UHGV virus genome: UHGV-0204427
DNA length: 40,810 nt
Direction: 5' to 3' (one strand)
Source of the DNA: a virus
The translations under genes were made by a program, and so were the position numbers. Shown here piece after piece: positions 1 through 9,370 of the stretch. Each line of letters starts with the position of its first letter. The first letter of the stretch is position 1. The notes beneath the pieces are model-generated. The model had not been told where the DNA came from, searched no databases, and saw only the letters and a list, made by a program, of their open reading frames with translations.

Positions 1-132
1 ATGGGTGCCTTTTATATACCCAATTCCCGGCACCTGAAACTCAGGGTGTCCGGGGCCTCCTTTTCTTATGTGATACTTTTCTTTTGCTATATTTTGAGTT
101 ATTATAGGAGAAAGGCGAAGGGAGGGAATGTA

Positions 133-366
133 ATGAATATAAAAGACTTATTATGTGTTGTGGGAATATTTCTCTGTACAGTAGGGACTATTTTTAGTTT
201 ATGGAATATTCTTATCACTAAAATTGAGAGAGTTGGAACCTGTGAGCAGCTTGATAATACGCAGGAATCATTCAAAAAAGAAAAGACCTATGTAATTTGT
301 GGTTGTTTGCTGATAATAGTGGGGGGTATTTTACAAATTATTAGCACACTAATTAGTCAAGGATAG
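133..366 (+). CDS. small membrane protein (2 predicted TM helices), function unknown; track ORF 1..366 but RBS GGAGGG at 121-126 supports ATG 133
   Basis: Hydrophobic stretches 'LLCVVGIFLCTVGTIFSLWNILI' and 'YVICGCLLIIVGGILQIISTLI'. GGAGGG sits 6 nt upstream of ATG 133. A terminator follows. Confidence 0.5.
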   Translation: MNIKDLLCVVGIFLCTVGTIFSLWNILITKIERVGTCEQLDNTQESFKKEKTYVICGCLLIIVGGILQIISTLISQG

Positions 367-371
367 TTAAG

Positions 372-399
372 GGGACAGCTCAGGCTGTCTCTTTTTCTA
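372..399 (+). terminator. rho-independent terminator (stem GACAGC/GCTGTC, loop TCAG, then TCTTTTTCT)
   Basis: Perfect 6-bp GC-containing stem followed by a T-run, read directly from the sequence. Confidence 0.5.
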
Positions 400-428
400 T
401 ACTTAAAACAGCCAGATAGGAAGGTGAG

Positions 429-905
429 GTGATGGCAAACAATGAAAACCTAATACGTTTAAGCCCGAGCGAAGCCCGAGAGAATGGCAGAAAAGGCGGT
501 AAGGCATCCGGTGAGGCCCGGAGGCGAAAGGCCGCCATGAGAGATACAATGAATCGGCTTTTGACTATGAAAGTTGAGGTTGAAGGCCTGTCTGATATAT
601 TGCGTGCTGATGGGGGCGAAAGCACCTACGAGGAGATAATTACTATGGCTATGATAGAAAAGGCCATGCGCGGGGATGTGAAGGCTTTCATGGCCATCAA
701 GGACGTGTTGGGACAGACTTCCAAATCTGAGACAGACCTGGAGGAACAGAAGATACGGATGGAGCAGCTAAAGGCAGATACGGAGAGGATGCGCAGGGAG
801 ACAACCCCGGAGTGGGATGATGGTGTGGAGGTGGTGAACGATGCGCCAAAAGAAGCAGGTCAGGATATCGGAGATAGTGATACCGAAATATCTACCGATT
901 TTTAA
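429..905 (+). CDS. terS: terminase small subunit (HTH-containing, Firmicutes phage type); true start probably ATG 432
   Basis: The N-terminus 'MANNENLIRLSPSEARENGRKGGKASGEARRRKA' is a typical TerS DNA-binding N-terminus. The gene lies directly upstream of and overlaps the large terminase. Confidence 0.75.
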   Translation: MMANNENLIRLSPSEARENGRKGGKASGEARRRKAAMRDTMNRLLTMKVEVEGLSDILRADGGESTYEEIITMAMIEKAMRGDVKAFMAIKDVLGQTSKSETDLEEQKIRMEQLKADTERMRRETTPEWDDGVEVVNDAPKEAGQDIGDSDTEISTDF

Positions 906-2202
906 CGATACAAAGCACAAGCACATCATACTAACATCAGGGCGCGCCGGCACGAAGTCCAGCTATGCAGCTGTCCGGGCTGACTATCAGTTAATCAGTG
1001 ATAAGAACGGCTCCGTGGTTGTCCTGCGTAAGCATCACAACAAACTGCGTAAGACGGTGTATAAGGAGATGCTGAGAGGAATCAATCGCCTGCAGGTACC
1101 AAAGGATAGGTTTTATATAACCAAGTCCCCTATGGAGATAACTTACAAGAAATATGGAACTACGATGTACTTCGCCGGTTCCGATGGTATTGACGATACA
1201 AAGGGTATCATTGATGAGGATAAACCCATAAAGCTTGTCGTGCTGGATGAGCTGACCGAGTTCTTTGATGACGGGGATGGCGAGGATGAGCTGGCTAACA
1301 TCGAGGCCACCTTTGTACGTGGGAATAAGAGCGGTTTCCAGATGGTATATCTGTACAACCCGCCGAAGAATCCCAATGCGCCCATCAACCTGTGGTGCAA
1401 AAAGATGGAGCAGCGCCCTGACTGCATCCACATCCATACGGATTACCGAGATGTGCCTGTAGACTGGCTGGGCCAGGATCTGATTGATTCAGCCAGGATG
1501 ATGGAGCAGTCAGACGAGAAGATGTATCGCTGGACCTGGCTGGGTGAGTCAATCGGAGTTGATGAACTGATTTATTACATGTACAGCGCCAAGAACCGGT
1601 TCAGGCCTCCAAAAGAAACAAGATACCGTCTTATCGGAATCGGCGTCGATTATGGCCAGCAGAATGCCACCACGTACCAGCCCTACGGTCTCAATCTGGA
1701 CCGTAAGAAGCTGGAAGGCCTAAAGGAGTATTATCATTCTGGCCGAGATTCCGGAAGACAGAAAAGTCCGTCGGAGTATGCCAGAGATTTCATCGGATTA
1801 ACGGATGCGCTGCATGAGACCTATAAGTGCAGTTGCTTTTATGTATTTATTGACCCTTCCGCAGCCGGACTTGCGGAGGAAATTAAACGGCAGGCAGTGC
1901 GATGTGATTATCAGATATCCATTAAGCTGGCCGAAAATGACGTGAAAGTAGGTATCCAACGTGTACAGAAATGCCTTTCTTATGGTGTCCTGCAGATATC
2001 CCCGGAACAGCCAAAACTGGACTGGGAGATGGGCTTGTATGAATGGGATAAGAAATCCATTGAGAAAGGCAAGGAGGTTCCTGTAAAAGAGAATGACCAT
2101 GGCTGTGACGCAACCAGATATTGTGTTATGGGGATGTGGAAAAAGATTAAATATTTCCTTCCAAAGGCTGATAGGGAGGATGAGGAAGGTGAGGACGGAT
2201 GA
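841..2202 (+). CDS. terL: terminase large subunit (PBSX/Terminase_3-like ATPase + nuclease)
   Basis: Walker A-like 'TSGRAGTKSS'. Acidic Walker B 'LVVLDELTEF'. Length 453 aa. Strong RBS GGAGGTGG 6 nt before ATG 841. Overlaps the terS end by 65 nt. Precedes the portal. Confidence 0.85.
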   Translation: MRQKKQVRISEIVIPKYLPIFNDTKHKHIILTSGRAGTKSSYAAVRADYQLISDKNGSVVVLRKHHNKLRKTVYKEMLRGINRLQVPKDRFYITKSPMEITYKKYGTTMYFAGSDGIDDTKGIIDEDKPIKLVVLDELTEFFDDGDGEDELANIEATFVRGNKSGFQMVYLYNPPKNPNAPINLWCKKMEQRPDCIHIHTDYRDVPVDWLGQDLIDSARMMEQSDEKMYRWTWLGESIGVDELIYYMYSAKNRFRPPKETRYRLIGIGVDYGQQNATTYQPYGLNLDRKKLEGLKEYYHSGRDSGRQKSPSEYARDFIGLTDALHETYKCSCFYVFIDPSAAGLAEEIKRQAVRCDYQISIKLAENDVKVGIQRVQKCLSYGVLQISPEQPKLDWEMGLYEWDKKSIEKGKEVPVKENDHGCDATRYCVMGMWKKIKYFLPKADREDEEGEDG

Positions 2203-3611
2203 ACGTAATTGCGTATCTGAATAAAAAGGGGTACGATACAGTGCCGAGTGACCATTACCACATGGTTCAGGTCTGGAAAAGTTGGTACCAGAACAAGGTA
2301 CGGGGATTCCATCGGTACCGGATTAACAATGGTTCCAATACAGTGAAGTGCGACCGGTTATCGGCAGGTATGGCGAAGATGGTCAGCGAAGATATTGCAG
2401 ATGACTTGCTAAATGAAAAGGTAAAAATCACGCTCAGCGAACCTACAGTGCAGGAATATGTTGATAAGATTTTGAGAGAGAACAACTGGGCCGTGCAGTC
2501 AAATACGTATCAGGAGCGTAAAGCCTATACTGGAACGGTGGCCTATGTTCCATATCTGGACGGTGTGGAAGTTGATGAGGAAGGAAACGTGATTGCGGGC
2601 ACGGGAACTATTCGGCTCAATTATTTCGAAGCATCCAACATTTATCCGCTGTCATGGCTAAATGGGATTGTGGAGGAGTGCGCATTTGTGTCCATCCACA
2701 CTGTAAAGGGAAAGAAATATGCCCACATCCAGATGCACACCAAGGAGGGTACTGGCGAGTATGTGATATATAACTGTGTAGTAGAGTGTACGAACGGGGC
2801 AGGGCGGGAAATGGAATCGAAAGAGTGGAGGAAACTTATTCCTTTTCAATCTATGTCAGAGAGAACTTTTACGGGCTCGAAGAAGCGTCAATTTGTCATT
2901 GACCGATTGAACATCGTTAATAACATGGACCCGGACAGTCCCATGGGTGTAGCGGTGTTTGCTAATGCTATTGACCAGCTTCGTGGGATTGATATAGCTT
3001 ATGACAGCTATGTGAACGAGTTTGTCCTGGGGAAGAAACGAATATTTGTTGCGCCTGAGATGTTGTCTATGAATGACAGCGGGGCGCCCGTATTTGACCC
3101 CAATGACGTAACCTTTTACCAGCTGCCAGAGGACAGCATGAAAGAAGGGGAAGCCATACATGAGGTAAATATGGAGATACGCGCGGAGGCCCACAGCCGT
3201 GCAATCAACGATTTTCTCAATATTCTTTCGGTTAAGTGTGGGTTTGGTACTCAGCATTATCGGTTTGAGAACGGGAACATCCAGACGGCCACGCAGGTTA
3301 TCAGCGAGAATTCGGACTTGTATAAGACGGTTGTCAAGCATGAGATTATCCTTGACAGCGCCTTAAAGGAATTGGTGGCTATTATCTTACGTTTGGGCAA
3401 TGTTCTGGGAGCTGGCCTGAACGAATCCGTTGAAATCACGATAGACTTTGATGATTCAATCATCGAGGATAAGGGAACCGAGCGGAAAGAGGACCGGCAG
3501 GACGTGTCCATGGGGGTTATGGCTTTGTGGGAATATCGTGCAAAATATTACAATGAGGACGACAAGACGGCAAAGGCGAACGTACCAGAACAGGCGGAGG
3601 TAATTGAATGA
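2199..3611 (+). CDS. portal protein (SPP1 gp6-like)
   Basis: 470 aa. ATGA overlap with terL. Position between terminase and minor head protein. Overall resemblance to SPP1-type portals. Confidence 0.8.
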   Translation: MNVIAYLNKKGYDTVPSDHYHMVQVWKSWYQNKVRGFHRYRINNGSNTVKCDRLSAGMAKMVSEDIADDLLNEKVKITLSEPTVQEYVDKILRENNWAVQSNTYQERKAYTGTVAYVPYLDGVEVDEEGNVIAGTGTIRLNYFEASNIYPLSWLNGIVEECAFVSIHTVKGKKYAHIQMHTKEGTGEYVIYNCVVECTNGAGREMESKEWRKLIPFQSMSERTFTGSKKRQFVIDRLNIVNNMDPDSPMGVAVFANAIDQLRGIDIAYDSYVNEFVLGKKRIFVAPEMLSMNDSGAPVFDPNDVTFYQLPEDSMKEGEAIHEVNMEIRAEAHSRAINDFLNILSVKCGFGTQHYRFENGNIQTATQVISENSDLYKTVVKHEIILDSALKELVAIILRLGNVLGAGLNESVEITIDFDDSIIEDKGTERKEDRQDVSMGVMALWEYRAKYYNEDDKTAKANVPEQAEVIE

Positions 3612-4867
3612 CGCAGGGAGATATGGAGAAACTGGCAATACTCATACAGCAGAACATGTCATCTCTGGAAACCCGTGTCATGTCGGATATTGTCCGCAGA
3701 ATTCATATTAATGGAGAAATTACATCGACAGCTGACTGGCAGATGAACCGGCTATATCAGATGGGACTAGGTAAGGACGAAATAAAAAAGGCCATCGTGG
3801 AATCCTTGAAGCTTACGGATAAACAGGCGGAGAAGCTTTTTAAGGATGCCATTGGGAAGGAGTATACACGCAATCAGCAGCTTTATGAGAGACAAGGTAA
3901 GAAATGGATACCGTTTGATGAAAATGAAGAGCTCCAGGACCTTGTGACATCTATTAGCAAGCAGACAGGGGAGGAATTGAGGAACATCACGCAGTCACTT
4001 GGGTTTGCGATTCGGGGGCCGAATGGGAGAATCATACAGTCACCTCTTCTGGAATTCTATCAAGGTACTCTCGATGATGCTATGATGAACATAGCCAGCG
4101 GTACGTTTGACTATGGGACGGTAATTAGGCGGGCTATCCAGACCATGACAAACAGCGGGCTCAGGAGCATTGACTATGATAGCGGGGGGTCAAACCGGGT
4201 GGACGTAGCGGCCAGAAGAGCCGTAATGACTGGATTCAATCAGCTGCAGGCCAAGGTCAATGAGCAGGTGGCTCAGGATTTAAAAACCGATTATTTTGAG
4301 GTATCCTGGCACGGAGGGGCAAGGCCGGAGCATCAGGCATGGCAGGGTGGTATATACAGCCACAAACAGCTTGTGTCGGTCTGCGGCCTTGGAAGCGCGG
4401 CAGGATTGTGCGGAGCAAACTGTTACCATTCATATAATGCCTTTATCCCTGGAGTGTCAGTCCGTACCTATACGGATGAGCAGCTGTATCAGATGAATGC
4501 CCAGGAGAACCAGCCAAAGGAGTATAACGGGAAAGAGTACACAACCTATGAAGCTTTACAGAAACAGAGAAAACTGGAAACGCTCATGCGGAAACAGCGA
4601 CAGGATATCAAACTGTTGCAAACAGGTGGCGCTTCCAAGGACGATCTTCTTGCAGCTAAAAGCCGGTACCGCTCCACGATGACTCAGTATGCAGAGTTTT
4701 CAGGGAAAATGAATCTGCCGCAGCAGAAAGAGCGGGTGTATATGGATGGTCTTGGCCAGATGGTATCAGAGAAAGAGAAGGTTATGTCTCATAAGTTACC
4801 AGCTAAAGAAAAAATGACTTTTATGCAGAAAAAAGAAGCCATTGACAATAATGAGAAAGGTTGGTGA
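3608..4867 (+). CDS. minor head / head morphogenesis protein (SPP1 gp7 / Phage_Mu_F family)
   Basis: Hallmark segment 'SWHGGARPEHQAWQGGIY' characteristic of the gp7/Mu F family. ATGA overlap with the portal. Confidence 0.75.
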   Translation: MTQGDMEKLAILIQQNMSSLETRVMSDIVRRIHINGEITSTADWQMNRLYQMGLGKDEIKKAIVESLKLTDKQAEKLFKDAIGKEYTRNQQLYERQGKKWIPFDENEELQDLVTSISKQTGEELRNITQSLGFAIRGPNGRIIQSPLLEFYQGTLDDAMMNIASGTFDYGTVIRRAIQTMTNSGLRSIDYDSGGSNRVDVAARRAVMTGFNQLQAKVNEQVAQDLKTDYFEVSWHGGARPEHQAWQGGIYSHKQLVSVCGLGSAAGLCGANCYHSYNAFIPGVSVRTYTDEQLYQMNAQENQPKEYNGKEYTTYEALQKQRKLETLMRKQRQDIKLLQTGGASKDDLLAAKSRYRSTMTQYAEFSGKMNLPQQKERVYMDGLGQMVSEKEKVMSHKLPAKEKMTFMQKKEAIDNNEKGW

Positions 4868-5103
4868 CTGATGTGTCAAAGTATAATTGGGATGAAATGG
4901 AGCTTTGCAAAGAGTGCCATTACAAAAACGAGAATCCGGATTTATGTAATTTCAACATTCCGCCAGAGGAAAAGCCATCTGCATTTAATTCCCTTACCAG
5001 TTGTGGTAGATTTCTGAGGGAATCAAAATGGCAACGTTTAGGCGAAGAGCAGCGAAAGTATTATGAGCAGCGTCATGAAAGAAGCAGTGGTCATAAGGAA
5101 TAA
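4861..5103 (+). CDS. small Cys-rich hypothetical protein (start uncertain: TTG 4861 / GTG 4873 / ATG 4897)
   Basis: 'CKECHYKNENPDLCNF...SCGRF' is a possible zinc-binding motif. Sits between gp7-like and prp. Confidence 0.35.
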   Translation: MVTDVSKYNWDEMELCKECHYKNENPDLCNFNIPPEEKPSAFNSLTSCGRFLRESKWQRLGEEQRKYYEQRHERSSGHKE

Positions 5104-5138
5104 GCGCCGTCATCCCACATCGGGCTGGCGGTATTTTA

Positions 5139-5152
5139 TTGCGATATCGCAA
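5139..5152. promoter_or_regulatory. 14-bp perfect palindrome TTGCGATATCGCAA immediately upstream of prp RBS (copy 1 of 2)
   Basis: Read directly. The same 14-mer recurs at 19889-19902 upstream of the endolysin. Confidence 0.5.
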
Positions 5153-5165
5153 CAGGGAGGAATCA

Positions 5166-5474
5166 GTGGTTACAATAGTATTTACGAATCATGATGGAGT
5201 GTGCACCGGCCTTGAAGCATTAGGTCATGCAGGATATGGTGAAATTGGAAAAGACATTGTCTGTGCTGCCGTATCCGCCTTAATTCAAGGAGCAGTCTTA
5301 TCCATTGAGCAGCTGGCCGAAAAGCCGGTGGTCCAGGAGAAAGAAGAAGGGAGAATTTCCTATCATATCCGGGACCCGGACGAAGTAACACAGGTATTGT
5401 TTGCCAGCCTGGAGCTGTCACTTGCAGAATTACAAGCAGAATATAGGAACTATTTAACAGTGTGTCATGGATAA
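5166..5474 (+). CDS. prp: Prp-like cysteine protease (ribosomal-processing cysteine protease / DUF464 family, phage capsid-scaffold N-terminal processing)
   Basis: 'GHAGYGEIGKDIVCAAVSALIQ' matches the Prp catalytic His/Cys region. GTG start 5166 with GGGAGG RBS (the track's 5139 start is a TTG inside the palindrome). Downstream scaffold and capsid carry LQLFA cleavage motifs. Confidence 0.7.
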   Translation: MVTIVFTNHDGVCTGLEALGHAGYGEIGKDIVCAAVSALIQGAVLSIEQLAEKPVVQEKEEGRISYHIRDPDEVTQVLFASLELSLAELQAEYRNYLTVCHG

Positions 5475-5494
5475 CATGACACTTTTCTTTTGTC
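5462..5494 (+). terminator. hairpin GTGTCATG-gataa-CATGACAC followed by TTTTCTTTTGTC, overlapping the prp stop; candidate partial terminator/attenuator
   Basis: 8-bp perfect stem plus T-rich tract, read from the sequence. Confidence 0.4.
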
Positions 5495-5557
5495 TAAAAC
5501 GTGATGACAGGAAAAGCATCGGAAACAGTTCACGCACTTAAAACGGAGGAATAAAAA

Positions 5558-6133
5558 TTGAGAAAGAAATTTGATTTACAGCTTTTTGCGGACGGTAGCG
5601 GAAGCGGCTCTGAGGGAAACCAGGGTAATAATGCCGGTGATGACGGAAACAAGGGAACCTATAGTTTTGAGCAGGCGGAGGAAATAGCCAACGCAAGGGC
5701 GCATCGTGCGGAGCAGGCGGCCCTGAAATCCTATTTCCAGCAGCAGGGTATGACCGAGGATGAGGTCAAGGCTGCCCTTGCTGATTATAAGACGAATAAG
5801 GAGAAGCAGAAACCCGATGTGTCTGCAATCGAGAAGGAACGGGATGAGGCCAATAAAAAAATCCAGCAGTATGAGAATGAAAAGGTCCTGTCTGGCATGA
5901 AGGTCAGGACGGAAGATTTGGATTATGTGATGTTCAAGGTCAGCGCCCTGGTGACAGACAAAAAGGACTTTAAGACAGCGGCGACCGAATGGCTGAAGGA
6001 TAATCCGAGATATAAAGAAGGCGGCACCTACCGTATGTCGTCCGGGACGCCTGCTTCTGAGGGAAACAAAGGGACAGATACTGGAAATGAGGCTATTAAC
6101 AACATGATTCGAGGAGCATTCGGAAGAAAGTGA
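5558..6133 (+). CDS. scaffolding protein with N-terminal Prp-cleavable leader (MRKKFDLQLFA^DGSG)
   Basis: TTG start with GGAGG RBS. 'FDLQLFA' mimics the ribosomal L27 N-terminal cleavage motif. Charged helical body typical of scaffolds. Position before the capsid gene. Confidence 0.65.
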   Translation: MRKKFDLQLFADGSGSGSEGNQGNNAGDDGNKGTYSFEQAEEIANARAHRAEQAALKSYFQQQGMTEDEVKAALADYKTNKEKQKPDVSAIEKERDEANKKIQQYENEKVLSGMKVRTEDLDYVMFKVSALVTDKKDFKTAATEWLKDNPRYKEGGTYRMSSGTPASEGNKGTDTGNEAINNMIRGAFGRK

Positions 6134-7158
6134 GGAAGTATATGTATAAAGTTATAAATGGGAGAGATATCCCTGTAAATGTAATGAATCTTCAGCTGTT
6201 TGCCGGTTCGGCGAATATCATTGACCGCACCGGGGCTGAAGCGCTGATTCCGGAGCAGACCAGCAGGGAGATTATCCAGGGCGTAACAGAGCAGTCCACA
6301 GTTCTGGCAATGGGCCGTAAGCTGCCCAACATGTCCTCCAACCGGACGGTTATGCCTGTATTAGATATGCTGCCGGTGGCCTATTTTGTCAACGGAGATA
6401 CCGGGACAAAGAAAACCACCAAGATGGCGTGGGACAAGAAAAAGATTTACGCGGAGGAGATTGCGGTTATTGTACCGATTCCAGAAGCGGTTTTGGATGA
6501 TGCAGATTATGACATTTGGGGGGAGGTTAAGCCGCGCCTGGTGGAAGCCTTTGGCAAAGTGATTGACAGTGCGATCTTTTTCGATGTTGGCAAGCCTGAT
6601 AACTGGCGTAACGGTATTTTTGCTACAGCCACAGCCGCCGGCGCTGTTGTTACAGCCACCAGCGATATGTATAAGGACATCATGGGTACCGCCGGTGTAA
6701 TTGCAAAGATTGAAAAGTCCGGTTATATGCCCACTGGACATGTGGCAGATATTAGCTTGAGGTCAGAGCTCCGCGAATTGGTGGATAATAATAACCGGCC
6801 GTTGTTTAAAACTGACATGCAGACATCGACCCAGTATAGCCTGGATGGCAATGCCATGAAGTTTCCACGGAATGGATTTTGGGATGCCACCAAGGCTAAG
6901 ATGATATCCGGTGACTTTGACCAGCTGGTATACTCCATGAGGCAGGACATCACCTTTAAGTTGTTTGACCAGGGCGTGGTGCAGGATCCATCAACAGGGG
7001 ATATCGTATATAACCTCATGCAGAATGATATGGTGGCCATGCGCGCCGTCATGCGTCTTGGGTGGGAAATCCCGAACCCCATCAACAGTCTGGAAACAGA
7101 CAAGACCAAGCGCTGCCCGTTTGCGGTGTACGCTCCCAAGGCGGATGCTGGAGCATAA
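6130..7158 (+). CDS. major capsid protein with N-terminal Prp-cleavable leader (…VMNLQLFA^GSANI…); start GTG 6130 or ATG 6142
   Basis: 342 aa. Position after the scaffold. 'NLQLFAGS' motif about 20 aa from the N-terminus. Confidence 0.75.
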   Translation: MRKYMYKVINGRDIPVNVMNLQLFAGSANIIDRTGAEALIPEQTSREIIQGVTEQSTVLAMGRKLPNMSSNRTVMPVLDMLPVAYFVNGDTGTKKTTKMAWDKKKIYAEEIAVIVPIPEAVLDDADYDIWGEVKPRLVEAFGKVIDSAIFFDVGKPDNWRNGIFATATAAGAVVTATSDMYKDIMGTAGVIAKIEKSGYMPTGHVADISLRSELRELVDNNNRPLFKTDMQTSTQYSLDGNAMKFPRNGFWDATKAKMISGDFDQLVYSMRQDITFKLFDQGVVQDPSTGDIVYNLMQNDMVAMRAVMRLGWEIPNPINSLETDKTKRCPFAVYAPKADAGA

Positions 7159-7173
7159 AGGAGTTGATTCAGT

Positions 7174-7554
7174 ATGTATGCTGATTATAGTTATTACCTG
7201 GCCGGATATCTCCATAAGGATTCCGGCCTGATTCCAGAGGCGGATTTCCCGGCCTGCTCCCAGAGGGCCAGTGCCAAAATGGACTATCTTACTTGGGGCA
7301 GAATAACGGACGTACAGGCGGCAGGGGCGGAAATACGATCATGCTGCTGTGAGATGGCAGAGACCATTTATAGATATGAACAGTCAAAGAATAATGAGTC
7401 TGGCGCACCAGTGGCATCCTGGAGTAATGACGGCGAGTCAGGAAGCTATGACATGTCCAATTCAGATTATACGGAGGAGGGGCACAACCGGAGGGTCGGT
7501 CAGATTGCCCAAAAATACCTGCTCCGCCTTGGATTGTTGAACAGGAGGTGCTAA
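7174..7554 (+). CDS. head-tail connector (gp6/gp15-like) protein, putative
   Basis: 126 aa. First of four small genes between capsid and major tail. RBS AAGGAG. Confidence 0.4.
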   Translation: MYADYSYYLAGYLHKDSGLIPEADFPACSQRASAKMDYLTWGRITDVQAAGAEIRSCCCEMAETIYRYEQSKNNESGAPVASWSNDGESGSYDMSNSDYTEEGHNRRVGQIAQKYLLRLGLLNRRC

Positions 7555-7555
7555 G

Positions 7556-7987
7556 ATGCCGAATGCTAATTATACGCACACCATCACTCTATATAACTGT
7601 CTGAAAGCGATGGATAGCCCGGATAAGAAAGACCATTGGTATCAGTATGTGCTGGATAACTGCTATTATAAAGCTGCTATTACCCGAGTGGATACAGGAA
7701 CTAATGCAGGTATGCAGAATGTGTATACCGTGCGGATACCTGCATCCGTGGATTACCTGCCTTACCGCGAATGGGCCCGCCTTACAGACGAAGAGCGGAA
7801 ACAAAAGTTCACCCTCTCTCTGGATGACATTGTAATTCATGGGATATGCCTGGAGGAGATTTCAAACATGTCGGGTCAAACTTCTGTACAGGTGCTGAAA
7901 CGGTATAAGCCGGATTCGTTCAAGGTGACCGCGGTGTCAGATAATACCAGGGCATTGCATTCCAAGCACTACAGACTAGGAGGATAG
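7556..7987 (+). CDS. head closure / head-tail adaptor protein, putative
   Basis: 143 aa. Conserved position. RBS AGGAGG. Confidence 0.4.
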   Translation: MPNANYTHTITLYNCLKAMDSPDKKDHWYQYVLDNCYYKAAITRVDTGTNAGMQNVYTVRIPASVDYLPYREWARLTDEERKQKFTLSLDDIVIHGICLEEISNMSGQTSVQVLKRYKPDSFKVTAVSDNTRALHSKHYRLGG

Positions 7988-7992
7988 GGCCT

Positions 7993-8403
7993 ATGAAAAT
8001 GGATTTCAAATGGAACAGGCCGTTAGCATCAATATCTGCGGAATACACAGGTAAAGATGCGCAGCTTTTTCTGGCCAATGAGGCAAAAAAACTGATGGAT
8101 CCATATGTTCCAGCCTTTAACCTTGTGTTGTCAAAAAATGTACGGGTATATGTTGAGAATGGGGTGGGGGTGATACACTATCTTTCACCCCATGCAAGAT
8201 ATCAATTTAAGGGGAAAGTCATGATATCTAAGCGGCCTGGGGTAAAAGAATCCGCGAAGGTAGTAAAACAGCCGGAAAAGGCTTTGAAATACACAAAGTT
8301 CCGGCACCCATTGGCAACTTCCGAATGGGATAAAGCCATGATGACGGCAAGGGGAGACGACCTGATAAGAGCAATGCAGAATTACATGGAGGGTAGGAAA
8401 TGA
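7993..8403 (+). CDS. tail component (HK97 gp10-like), putative
   Basis: 136 aa. Conserved position. RBS TAGGAGGA. Confidence 0.4.
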   Translation: MKMDFKWNRPLASISAEYTGKDAQLFLANEAKKLMDPYVPAFNLVLSKNVRVYVENGVGVIHYLSPHARYQFKGKVMISKRPGVKESAKVVKQPEKALKYTKFRHPLATSEWDKAMMTARGDDLIRAMQNYMEGRK

Positions 8404-8837
8404 CGAAGCATGATGCCATGAAAGCCTATTTCGAACCGGTAGTAACGAAGTTGGCTAATACAGTACTGAATTATAACTTCTCTCCTGATTCCCCGGACGG
8501 AATCGGTTTTCTTACAAATTACTCCGATAAGGTCCTGAAACGGTACATCAGGGTGGGCGCAGATAAGGCGTATGGATTTTCCATCCTGGTCACCAAGGAG
8601 TACTCAATCAATAACGATGACCTGAATCTGGAGGCCATGAACTTTGTCCAAGGCCTCATGGACTGGGTGGACAGGCAGAATCGCGAAAAGTTATTCCCTG
8701 ATTTTGGGGAGAAATGTACTGTTAAGCGAATAGAAAACCTACAGAACATGCCAAGCCTTGCGGAGGTCAATTCGGAGGAGGGTGTGGCCCGGTATATGTT
8801 TCAATGCAGGGTAGTGTATTTTGAGAAAGAGAGGTAG
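8400..8837 (+). CDS. tail completion / tail terminator protein, putative
   Basis: 145 aa. ATGA overlap with the upstream gene. Precedes the major tail protein. Confidence 0.4.
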   Translation: MTKHDAMKAYFEPVVTKLANTVLNYNFSPDSPDGIGFLTNYSDKVLKRYIRVGADKAYGFSILVTKEYSINNDDLNLEAMNFVQGLMDWVDRQNREKLFPDFGEKCTVKRIENLQNMPSLAEVNSEEGVARYMFQCRVVYFEKER

Positions 8838-8842
8838 AAAGA

Positions 8843-9358
8843 ATGAGATTAAAGGAATTAATGGATGGTATCACCCCGAAGCCAGATTACGAAGGTTGGG
8901 TAACCAATGACGACATGGTATTTGCCATTGACACGGCCAATACTTCGAACACTGAGACGGAGCCGGGAGATTACGCTGTCGTGCAGATGGGGATTGAAGG
9001 TTTGGATTCTCAGCTGAATCCCGTAACCCAGGATAAACAGTACATCCGTGCTGGGCAATCCACTATGCGGACAGGAACCCAGAGAAGCTTTGCCGTAACC
9101 GGAGACCGATACATTGGCGATGAAGCCCAGGATTATATTTTAAGCCACAAAATGAAATATGGAACCGGGAATGCTGTAATTACCAATTATGTGTATTTTG
9201 ACATCCTGACAGGAAAGGGAGAGAAGGGTCAGGTGTCCGTGATTGTCAACAGCGATGGCTCCGGTAATTCTGGGGAAAGCGCGGCCATTGATGTTGAGTT
9301 CAAGAAGGTTGGTAATACGCCGGCTGAGTATACGTACGTAGCACCCGCGGGAGTATAG
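8843..9358 (+). CDS. major tail protein (TP901-1/Phage_tail_2-like)
   Basis: 171 aa. Position before the chaperone pair and the tape measure. Ig-like C-terminal flavour. Confidence 0.6.
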   Translation: MRLKELMDGITPKPDYEGWVTNDDMVFAIDTANTSNTETEPGDYAVVQMGIEGLDSQLNPVTQDKQYIRAGQSTMRTGTQRSFAVTGDRYIGDEAQDYILSHKMKYGTGNAVITNYVYFDILTGKGEKGQVSVIVNSDGSGNSGESAAIDVEFKKVGNTPAEYTYVAPAGV

Positions 9359-9370
9359 GAGGGATAAGAG

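Noticed and set aside
1-132. N-terminal 44-aa extension of the first ORF (start at position 1)
   Set aside because: No RBS precedes position 1 within the window. A strong GGAGGG-6-ATG at 133 gives a compact two-TM protein, and the upstream part is probably untranslated leader from the late promoter.
5139-5165. Track start of the Prp ORF at 5139 (TTG)
   Set aside because: That TTG lies inside the 14-bp palindrome and upstream of the GGGAGG RBS, so GTG 5166 is the credible start.
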